Shown here piece after piece: positions 56,219-64,000 of a DNA stretch of 64,000 bases (position 1 is its first letter; each line of letters begins with the position of its first letter). This DNA is from an uncultured Aliarcobacter sp. (GTDB taxonomy: Bacteria > Campylobacterota > Campylobacteria > Campylobacterales > Arcobacteraceae): the NCBI GenBank assembly GCA_963677435.1, contig OY781945.1:2496001-2560000 (forward strand), written 5' to 3'. The notes below the pieces were generated by a model. The model was not told where the DNA came from. It saw nothing but the letters and a program-made list of their open reading frames with translations, and did not search any database. Made by a program: the position numbers and the translations under genes.

Positions 56219-57229
56219 TCAAATCCCTAAAACATCTCTTTCAATTTCTCTTTTTAGTTCTTCTTCCGTTGGCAAATAAAGCTGATATTTTGATACAAAA
56301 AGATTATCTTTGCTATTTATATGTGAGTATTTTACAATGGTTTCATATTTATCTGTGCATAAAATTATCCCAATAGTTGGATTATCGCTTTCATTTTTTT
56401 CCAAATCATCGTACATATTTACGTACATATCTATTTGTCCAATATCTTGATGGGTTAGTTTTCCTATTTTTAAATCCACAAGTATAAAACATTTTAAAAG
56501 ATAGTTATAAAAAACTAAGTCTATATAAAAATCACTTGTTTGGGTTTTGATTCTTTTTTGTCGTGATACAAATGCAAAACCACGACCTAGTTCTAGTAAA
56601 AATTCTTGTATTTTTTCTAGCAAGGCACGTTCAAGTTCATTTTCTCTAAATGATTTATTATCTTTTAAATCTAAAAATTCCAATACATAAGGGTCTTTGA
56701 TAATATCTTTTGCTGTAAGTTGTAGATTTTTTGTATTTTCTTTTGCTTCTTGAATAACTGGCTGTTTTTCTTGACTCGATATAAGTCTTTCATAATGAAG
56801 TGAATTTATTTGTCGCTCTAATGCTCTTACACTCCAGTTTGAAGCGATTGTTTCTTGAATATAATAATCTCTTGCTTTTTCATTTTCAATTCTCATGACA
56901 AGTCGATAATGATTCCAACTCAATTGGTCACACAGTGTGTGGCAATTTAAAAAGACTAAATAAAACTGCCTCTTATTTCTAAGATTTTGTGGAGTAAATC
57001 CACTTCCAAAATCAACAGTTAGTTGTTTTGATAATTCACTTATAAGATTTGAACCATATTTTGCTTTTGTCTCTCCATTTTGTTCAACTTCTACTATTTT
57101 TTTACCAATATTCCAGTAGGCTTCTACCATTATAAAATTTACAGATTTGTAGGCATTATCTCTTGCTGTTTGTAAAATAGATTTAATATCATGATAAAAA
57201 CTGTTTTGTGTTTGCAATACTTCTTTCAT
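56219..57229 (-). CDS. YhcG/DUF1016 PD-(D/E)xK nuclease-domain protein
   Basis: YWNIGK, LSWNHY, WSVRAL, KDPYVLEFL, ELGRGFAF, IDLVFY...VDLK, GQIDMY, IGIILC. Confidence 0.93.
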   Translation of the reverse strand: MKEVLQTQNSFYHDIKSILQTARDNAYKSVNFIMVEAYWNIGKKIVEVEQNGETKAKYGSNLISELSKQLTVDFGSGFTPQNLRNKRQFYLVFLNCHTLCDQLSWNHYRLVMRIENEKARDYYIQETIASNWSVRALERQINSLHYERLISSQEKQPVIQEAKENTKNLQLTAKDIIKDPYVLEFLDLKDNKSFRENELERALLEKIQEFLLELGRGFAFVSRQKRIKTQTSDFYIDLVFYNYLLKCFILVDLKIGKLTHQDIGQIDMYVNMYDDLEKNESDNPTIGIILCTDKYETIVKYSHINSKDNLFVSKYQLYLPTEEELKREIERDVLGI

Positions 57230-57454
57230 CTATAAATTCCTTTTCTATTCTTTTAAAACTAATAACCTATTATACTAAATATAAATCATAATTAAATAAT
57301 TTATATAAATTACTTATCAACACAAATTAGAGCAATAACAAATACAATATTTAGCAATATTAAACAATTATTACAGCAAGCATTAAGAAGATTAAAATTA
57401 AAAAAAACTCTACAATTTCTCCAGATTAAAAAACATTTATTTAAAAGGCAAAGC

Positions 57455-58906
57455 ATGGCAAAGATAAAAAAAGTACTTATTGCAAATAGAGGTGAAATAG
57501 CTCTTAGAATCATTAGAGCCTGTAAAGAGCTAGAAATTGGAAGTGTTGCTATATTCTCTGAAGTTGATGTTGAGGGTATTTGGGTTAGAAAAGCTGATGA
57601 ATGTTATCCAATCATGGGTGATTTAATTCAAGCATACCTTGACTATGACAGAATTATTTCAATTGCTAAAAAAGCAGATTGTGATGCTATTCACCCAGGT
57701 TATGGATTTTTAAGTGAAAATGCTGATTTTGCAAGAGCATGTGAAGAAAATGGAATTATTTTTATTGGACCAAAACCTGAACATATAGAACTTTTTGGTG
57801 ATAAAATGGCTTCAAAAGTTGCTATGAAAAAAGTTGGAGTTCCAGTACTTGAGGGAACTGATGAACCAATCGTTAATATTAATGAAGGTGAAAAAATCGC
57901 TAGAGAAATCGGTTTTCCAGTAATCATCAAAGCTGCATTTGGTGGTGGTGGAAGAGGAATGAGAATAGTAAAAGCTGAAAAAGATTTTAAAGAAATGTTT
58001 GAAAGTGCTACAAATGAATCTATGAAATATTTTGGAAGAAATGAAGTTTTCATCGAAAAATATGTAGAAAATCCAAGACATATCGAAATTCAAGTAATTG
58101 CTGATAAATATGGAAATGTTCTTCATTTAGGAGAAAGAGATTGTTCAATCCAAAGAAGACACCAAAAAGTTATCGAAATTGCTCCAAGTCCAAGATTAAA
58201 TAACGAAACTAGAAAAGAACTCTATAGAATTGCTACAAAAGCTATGTTCAAATTAGGTTATGAAAGTGTTGGAACTGTTGAATTTCTAGTTGATGAAAAT
58301 GACAATATTTATTTCATCGAAATGAATACAAGAGTTCAAGTTGAACATCCAGTAACTGAAACAATCACTGGTGTTGATATTATTCAAAGAATGATTGAAA
58401 TCGCAGAAGGTGATAAATTGATATTCTTACAAGAAGAGATTCAATTTAGAGGTTATGCAATTGAGTTCAGAATCAACGCTGAAAATCCACAAAAAAACTT
58501 TATGCCAGGAACTGGAACTGTTAGTAAATATTTAACTCCAGGAGGTCCTGGTGTTAGACTTGATACAAGTATTTATACAGGATATAAAGTTCCTGCAAAC
58601 TATGACTCAATGATTGGAAAACTAATCGTTTGGGCATTAACTTGGGAAGGTGCAGTTAAAAAAGCAAAAAGAGCTTTAGATGAGTTTTATATTGAGGGTT
58701 TCCCAACAAATATTCCACTTCATAGAGAAATCGTAAGGGATGAAGATTTCATCAATGGAACTTTTAATACAAGTTATTTAGATAAAAAAATGGAAATTTT
58801 CACTCTAAATAGTGAAGACAACATAAAAAAAGAAGAAGAAAAGATTGCAAGTATTATGAAACTAATGGAAACTATCAAAAAAAATAATATCAAAGTTAAA
58901 CATTAA
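57455..58906 (+). CDS. biotin carboxylase subunit (pyruvate carboxylase subunit A / AccC family)
   Basis: LIANRGEIA, HPGYGFLSEN, GGGGRGM, RDCSIQRRHQK, EMNTRVQVEH, YDSMIGK. Confidence 0.93.
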   Translation: MAKIKKVLIANRGEIALRIIRACKELEIGSVAIFSEVDVEGIWVRKADECYPIMGDLIQAYLDYDRIISIAKKADCDAIHPGYGFLSENADFARACEENGIIFIGPKPEHIELFGDKMASKVAMKKVGVPVLEGTDEPIVNINEGEKIAREIGFPVIIKAAFGGGGRGMRIVKAEKDFKEMFESATNESMKYFGRNEVFIEKYVENPRHIEIQVIADKYGNVLHLGERDCSIQRRHQKVIEIAPSPRLNNETRKELYRIATKAMFKLGYESVGTVEFLVDENDNIYFIEMNTRVQVEHPVTETITGVDIIQRMIEIAEGDKLIFLQEEIQFRGYAIEFRINAENPQKNFMPGTGTVSKYLTPGGPGVRLDTSIYTGYKVPANYDSMIGKLIVWALTWEGAVKKAKRALDEFYIEGFPTNIPLHREIVRDEDFINGTFNTSYLDKKMEIFTLNSEDNIKKEEEKIASIMKLMETIKKNNIKVKH

Positions 58907-58929
58907 GAATCTCTTTTGAGATTCTTAAT
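58902..58929 (+). terminator. terminator hairpin after biotin carboxylase
   Basis: ATTAAGAATCTC-TTTT-GAGATTCTTAAT. Confidence 0.75.
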
Positions 58930-58979
58930 TATGTAAATTTATTGGCTATGTTTAATCAAAATAATGCAACAATATTTTT

Positions 58980-59207
58980 ATGAAAGATTTAAAATATTTT
59001 ATTATCAAACTAATTCTTAGCATTATTGTCCTATCTATTGCATTTTTCAATATTGAAAAAAAACCTCCAGTAAATGCAATAAATTTTGATGTAAGTAAAC
59101 AAAATACATCAACAAATGTACCTTCTCAACTTCAATGGCATGACCGTTTTAAAGGTATTGAAAATTTACCTTCAAAACCAAAAACTCCACAAAATGAAAA
59201 TAATTAG
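58980..59207 (+). CDS. small membrane-anchored hypothetical protein (75 aa)
   Basis: Hydrophobic N-terminal helix and Pro/Asn-rich tail; no clear RBS. Confidence 0.5.
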   Translation: MKDLKYFIIKLILSIIVLSIAFFNIEKKPPVNAINFDVSKQNTSTNVPSQLQWHDRFKGIENLPSKPKTPQNENN

Positions 59208-59272
59208 TATTTTAGCTTATTATCATATTTTTAATTGTATTATGAATAAACATTGTAATTTTTGAGGAAAAG

Positions 59273-61435
59273 ATGATAAAAAATGATTGTTATAAAATTG
59301 ATGAACAAGATGAAAAAAAAGAGATAGTACTATCATCTATAGAATATAATCAAATTCTGAATATTCAGCAAGAGATATTAGAAATGTTAGCATCTAATTA
59401 CACAACTACTCAAATACTTTCAGAACTATGTTTACATGCAGAAACACTACTTCCTAACTCAGTAGCTTCAATTATGATAAAAGATAAAAATACAGGATTA
59501 ATGAATATTAAATCTGCACCTTCTATTCCTGAAAGTGGACAACAAAAACTTTCAAATTTAGAACCTGGACCTAAAAATGGTTCTTGTGGAAATGCTATAT
59601 TTAAAAATTTACCTCAATTTGTTCAAAATACCTTTATAGATGATAGATGGGAAAATCTACGACAAGTTGCAATTGATTTTAATATTTGTTCTTGTTGGTC
59701 AATACCAATACAAGATAAAGAAAAAAATCCCATTGGCTCATTTGCACTTTCATCTTTTGAACATAAATCCCCAAATCTTTTTCATGTAAAACTACTACGA
59801 ACTGCTTCTTCAATTGTAAGTATTGTTTTAACAAATGAAGAGACAAAAAAAAGAAATAAACTATTTTCAAATGTAATGAAAAACTCTTCAAATCCAATTT
59901 TAATTAGTAATGAAAAAAACTTAATTGTAGAAATAAACCAAGCTGCACTAGATATTTTTGGTTATGAAAAAAGTGAACTTATTGGAAAAAATCCTAAAAT
60001 ATTTGCCTCAAAAAAATATGATAAAAATTTTTATCAAAAGATGTGGAAGGATATTAATATTAACTCAAAATGGACTGGAGAGTTAATTAATAAAAGCAAA
60101 AACGGTTCTTTAATAACTCAATTGGCAAGTATTACTTCCTTAAATGATGAAAATAATTCAGCACACAATTATTTAGCAATGTATCTCGATTTAGGCCAAT
60201 TAAAAGAAGCGCAAAATAAAATGGAATTTATGGTTTACCATGATTCATTAACTAATCTTTATAACAAAAGATATTTAGAAACAATATTAGATACTCAAAA
60301 TGAAAAAAGTTTAATAATTTTAAATATCAATAATTTTAGTTATATAAATACAGCTTATGGATTTGATATTGGTGATGAAATCTTAATAACAGTTGCAAGA
60401 ATATTAGAAAATAATTTCCAAATAGATACCCTTTGTAAAATCAATTCAGATGAATTTGCACTTGTATTTAATAAAAAAATTTCACTTCTTGATAAGATTT
60501 TAAAAATTCAAAAATACTTTATGAAAAATCTAATTAATATAGAAAAAATCAAATTAAATATCACTTTTTCATATGGTGCAGTTTGTGGTAAAGAAACACT
60601 ACTTAGAAAAGCAGCCTCTGCTTTAAAAGAAGCAAAAGAAAAAGGGAAAAATAGATTTGAGATTTTTGATGAAGAAGAAGGTAATATTGATTATTCAAAA
60701 AGAGAAGTATTTATAAAAAGTACAAATCTTATTAAATCAGCACTAGACAATAATCAAATAATCCCATTTTTTCAAGGTATTTATGATAACAATTGTAATA
60801 ATATTACAAAATATGAGGCCTTAGTTAGAATTAAATTAGAAGATAGAATTGTTTCTCCTTATGAATTTTTAGAATCTGCAAAATTATCTGGATTATTACC
60901 AGAAATTACAAAAATCATGATCGACAAAACCCTAAAAATGATGACTACAAATAATTATGAATTTTCAATTAATATTACAGAAGATGATTTAGCTGAGAAT
61001 TATTTGAATGAATATTTAAATGAAAAAATATCTTTTTATAAGATTGATTCAAAAAGAATAATTCTTGAAATATTAGAAGGGGTTAGTTCAAATAGTAAAA
61101 AAAATCACATTAAACAATTAAATCAATTAAAAAAAAATGGATTCAAAATTGCTATTGATGATTTTGGAACTGAATACTCAAATTTTGAAAGAATTCTTGA
61201 TTTAGATATTGATTATATAAAAATAGATGCAAAATACATAAAAGATATTGATACAAATAAAAGAAGTTATGAGATAGTAAGAGCAATAAGTTTTTTTGCA
61301 AAAAATGTAAATATACCTTGTATTGCAGAGTTTGTACATAATGAAAATGTACAAAACACAATTAAAGATCTTGGTATTGCACATTCTCAAGGATACCATT
61401 TCTCGGAGCCTAAAAAAGAGTTAATTAATGTATAA
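59273..61435 (+). CDS. GAF-PAS-degenerate GGDEF-EAL c-di-GMP phosphodiesterase
   Basis: GAF (GSCG, SCWSIPI), PAS (GYEKSELIGKNP), HDSLTNLYN with NSDEF, YEALVR, EILE, DDFGT, KID, AEFV, QGY. Confidence 0.9.
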   Translation: MIKNDCYKIDEQDEKKEIVLSSIEYNQILNIQQEILEMLASNYTTTQILSELCLHAETLLPNSVASIMIKDKNTGLMNIKSAPSIPESGQQKLSNLEPGPKNGSCGNAIFKNLPQFVQNTFIDDRWENLRQVAIDFNICSCWSIPIQDKEKNPIGSFALSSFEHKSPNLFHVKLLRTASSIVSIVLTNEETKKRNKLFSNVMKNSSNPILISNEKNLIVEINQAALDIFGYEKSELIGKNPKIFASKKYDKNFYQKMWKDININSKWTGELINKSKNGSLITQLASITSLNDENNSAHNYLAMYLDLGQLKEAQNKMEFMVYHDSLTNLYNKRYLETILDTQNEKSLIILNINNFSYINTAYGFDIGDEILITVARILENNFQIDTLCKINSDEFALVFNKKISLLDKILKIQKYFMKNLINIEKIKLNITFSYGAVCGKETLLRKAASALKEAKEKGKNRFEIFDEEEGNIDYSKREVFIKSTNLIKSALDNNQIIPFFQGIYDNNCNNITKYEALVRIKLEDRIVSPYEFLESAKLSGLLPEITKIMIDKTLKMMTTNNYEFSINITEDDLAENYLNEYLNEKISFYKIDSKRIILEILEGVSSNSKKNHIKQLNQLKKNGFKIAIDDFGTEYSNFERILDLDIDYIKIDAKYIKDIDTNKRSYEIVRAISFFAKNVNIPCIAEFVHNENVQNTIKDLGIAHSQGYHFSEPKKELINV

Positions 61436-61470
61436 TTACTATAGATTATAAATCAAATAAAAGGAGAGAT

Positions 61471-61908
61471 ATGAAAAAGTTTTTTGCTTTATTTATGTTT
61501 TTAATAAGCATACCAACTATATTATCAGCACAATCAGTTGCCTTAGTTAAATCGGTAAAGGGTGAAGTTAGTGTTACTCATGAAAGTAAAAAGGTTAATA
61601 GCTTAAAAGTTGGGGATAAAATTTTTGTAAAAGATTTTATTAAAACAAGTGAAAATAGTAATATTGGTCTTATTTTTGAAGATAATACATTAATTTCAAT
61701 TGGTTCTAATTCTGAATTTTCAGTTGATGAATATTTATTTGAACCAGCAGATAAAAAAGTAAAATTTGGAAGTAATCTTTTAAAAGGAACTATGGCTTGT
61801 ATCACAGGTCTAATCCCAAAAATCAATCCTAATGCAATGGAAATAAAAACTAAATCTGCATCAATAGGAATTAGAGGTACATATTTTGTAGTGGAGGTTA
61901 AAGAATGA
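61471..61908 (+). CDS. secreted stand-alone FecR-domain protein
   Basis: Signal peptide, LKVGDKI, FEDNTLISIG, ASIGIRGTYF. Confidence 0.85.
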   Translation: MKKFFALFMFLISIPTILSAQSVALVKSVKGEVSVTHESKKVNSLKVGDKIFVKDFIKTSENSNIGLIFEDNTLISIGSNSEFSVDEYLFEPADKKVKFGSNLLKGTMACITGLIPKINPNAMEIKTKSASIGIRGTYFVVEVKE

Positions 61909-62504
61909 GATATTTAATATCATTTTGCATGTTGATTGGAGTTTTTATTTTTTCAGGTTGTTCTGCAAAAGGAACTCAAATAACACTATTACCTGAAGAA
62001 GATGGAAAAACAGGAGCTATTTCAATTGCAGATAATAAAGGAGTAAACTATAATATTGATAAAGCATATTCATCTTTAGATATATCTCAAAGAGGCGAAA
62101 TACAAAAGAAAGTTGAAACAGAAAAAGCTGTTGAAACAAAATATGCAGAAGTTTTAAACGCCTTACCAAAAAAACCTCAAAGTATTTTATTTTATTTTCC
62201 TAATAATAGTGCAGAGTTAAACAAAACTCAAATTGCAGAGATAAAAAAAGTTAATGATATTATTAATAATAATGATATTATCGAAGTACTATGTATTGGA
62301 CATAGTGATAGTGCAGGAGATAAAGAATATAACAAAACTCTTTCATTTAAAAGAGCACAAAGTGTAGCTAGTATTTTAATGAAAGATATGACTGATAAAT
62401 CTCTAATAAAAGTTGAATACTATGGAGATAGTGATCCATTAGTTAAAACTGCTAACAATGTATCTAATGCAAAAAATAGAAGAGTAGAAATTATCTTAAA
62501 ATAG
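61905..62504 (+). CDS. OmpA-family peptidoglycan-binding lipoprotein
   Basis: Lipobox FSGC, GHSD, N..LS.KRA, NRRVEI; ATGA overlap with the FecR gene. Confidence 0.9.
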   Translation: MRYLISFCMLIGVFIFSGCSAKGTQITLLPEEDGKTGAISIADNKGVNYNIDKAYSSLDISQRGEIQKKVETEKAVETKYAEVLNALPKKPQSILFYFPNNSAELNKTQIAEIKKVNDIINNNDIIEVLCIGHSDSAGDKEYNKTLSFKRAQSVASILMKDMTDKSLIKVEYYGDSDPLVKTANNVSNAKNRRVEIILK

Positions 62505-62516
62505 ATTCTGCTTTGT

Positions 62517-62543
62517 AAGAGACATCCGTTGATGTCTCTTTTT
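62517..62543. terminator. terminator between OmpA and EamA genes
   Basis: AAGAGACATC-CGTT-GATGTCTCTT followed by a T run. Confidence 0.8.
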
Positions 62544-63408
62544 ATTTATTAAATTTTCTTGAAAAAATCGTGAGTGAAATTCCCATAAATATCATCATTG
62601 TTGATAAAAATAGTGTTGAAGTTAAGCTCTCATTTAAAAAAATTATACTAATTACAATAGAGATGATTGGCACAAATAACTGAATTATTCCAGCAGTTAT
62701 AAACTGCATTTTTGGCAAGATTTCATACCATAATAAATAGCCAATTGCTGATGTTAAACTTCCTGATATAAAAGCTAAAATCAAACCTTTTTGAGTTATA
62801 AAAGAGTTTTCTGGTAAAAATAACATATAAAACATCCCTACAAAAATCAGTGATTTTGTAAAATTATCCATAGTATTATATAAAGAATCAAAAGATTTTT
62901 TTCCAAGAACCGTATAAACAGCCCAAGAAATTCCAGCAATTATCATTAAAAAAGCATGAAATAATGAGAGTTCAAAGCTTTGTTTTGGATATAAAAGATA
63001 TATTAATCCAAACATTGCTAAAACAATTCCAGCAATTTTTTGTACATTTATTTTTTCTTTATGAAATAATGAAAATATTATCATTACAAGTTGAACAACA
63101 GCAAAAAGAAGTAAAGTCCCTACTCCTGCATCCATATTCAAAAAAGAGTATGAAAAACATATCGCATATAAAAATAGCATTAAAGAGCTAAGCCAATTTG
63201 ATTTTTTTGAAAAATATATTTTTTTTCTTTTATAAAAAAATATCAAAATTAGAGTGATTGAGCCAAAAAAAAGTCTAAACATCGTAAAAGTGTAAGCATC
63301 AATAAAGTTGTTTGATAAGGCAAATTTACAAAGTATTGAATTAAGTGCTAAAAAAAGCAATGATAACAGTAAAAAGAGAATAAATTTAATATTTAAAGTT
63401 TGATTCAT
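62542..63408 (-). CDS. DMT/EamA family transporter
   Basis: About 10 TM helices, GISWAVYT, GYLLWY, LNESLT. Confidence 0.88.
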   Translation of the reverse strand: MNQTLNIKFILFLLLSLLFLALNSILCKFALSNNFIDAYTFTMFRLFFGSITLILIFFYKRKKIYFSKKSNWLSSLMLFLYAICFSYSFLNMDAGVGTLLLFAVVQLVMIIFSLFHKEKINVQKIAGIVLAMFGLIYLLYPKQSFELSLFHAFLMIIAGISWAVYTVLGKKSFDSLYNTMDNFTKSLIFVGMFYMLFLPENSFITQKGLILAFISGSLTSAIGYLLWYEILPKMQFITAGIIQLFVPIISIVISIIFLNESLTSTLFLSTMMIFMGISLTIFSRKFNK

Positions 63409-63466
63409 TTTTATACTATATCACAAAATTATCTTTTATGATGTAGTATAAATCTGAAAATTCTTT

Positions 63467-64000
63467 TTAATAAGTGTTTTTTTCTATGATTCTATCAAGT
63501 GTTGATATTGCTATAAATTTGTCAAAATATGCTCGATTAAAACCTTGTTTTGCTTGTGTTAATAAGTAGTTTGCATCTGTTAAATCTGTACTTGTTGAGA
63601 TTCCCTCATCAAATCTATTTTTTACAATACCATAATTTTCTTGGGCTTGAAGAAGAGCTAATTTTGATGTTTCTAGATTATCAAGGGCAACTTCAAGATT
63701 TGATTTTGCATTTTCATATTGAAGTTTAATATCAAGTTTTGTTTTACTTAAAATTGAATTTGCATTAAGATATTTTATTTTATAAATTTCAGTTTGAGAA
63801 GAATCATATCCACCATTATATAAGTTCCAAGTTGCTGTTACATTTGCTACATTTTGATTATCTTCTTTATTTTCTATATTTTTAGATAATTCATCATAAT
63901 ATTTATTATGAGAAACCGAAGCATCAACTTTTGGATAATATCCAGCTTTTGCAGATTTTTCTAACTCTTTTATAGATTGTAAATTCATTTTTAAAGCTTG
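63467..64000 (-). CDS. TolC-family outer-membrane efflux protein (3' part; runs off window end)
   Basis: AKAGYYPKVD, WNLYNGG, RFDEG.ST.TDL.DA. Confidence 0.85.
   Translation of the reverse strand, partial: QALKMNLQSIKELEKSAKAGYYPKVDASVSHNKYYDELSKNIENKEDNQNVANVTATWNLYNGGYDSSQTEIYKIKYLNANSILSKTKLDIKLQYENAKSNLEVALDNLETSKLALLQAQENYGIVKNRFDEGISTSTDLTDANYLLTQAKQGFNRAYFDKFIAISTLDRIIEKNTY

Noticed and set aside
53666..57454. Search for att sites, target-site duplications or IS ends around the yhcG/repeat-gene pair
   Set aside because: No convincing flanking repeats, integrase, transposase or tRNA seen, so it is not called a mobile element.
57310..57513. 67-aa minus-strand ORF
   Set aside because: Overlaps the biotin carboxylase start on the opposite strand; its Cys/Leu content just reflects the CAA-rich spacer.

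Overview
AT-rich bacterial chromosomal segment. Gene content and order (nifS-nifU, CheV, HQWRQPL-type kinase, DnaB with a C-terminal insertion, pyrH-rpoZ-spoT-tyrS) point to Campylobacterota, most likely Arcobacteraceae; this is an inference, not a database result. Most of the window is housekeeping: the start of a surface-polysaccharide cluster (wzz, rfbA, rfbB), dnaB, ispG, lysS, glyA, trpE, pdxJA, pyrH, rpoZ, spoT, tyrS, an amidase, pth, rplY, folD, lepB, rpiB, nth, uvrB, lpxH, argC, greA and argH. Items that stand out: (1) a two-gene accessory operon pairing a YhcG/DUF1016 PD-(D/E)xK nuclease with an 828-aa protein made of ~49-aa tandem repeats fused to a 2-TM pore-loop-like membrane domain, a candidate defence sensor-pore system; (2) complete NIF and SUF Fe-S assembly systems transcribed back-to-back, with a related AGGATA-N5-TATCCT-type palindrome at both promoters; (3) apparent non-canonical start codons, ATC for uvrB and ATT for the amidase; (4) leaderless-type starts for ispG and an EamA gene; (5) an unannotated 37-aa membrane peptide; (6) a decayed AraC-LysE pair; (7) an OprC-like TonB copper receptor; (8) an EAL/FecR/OmpA module. 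I saw no rRNA, tRNA, CRISPR array, transposase or integrase.
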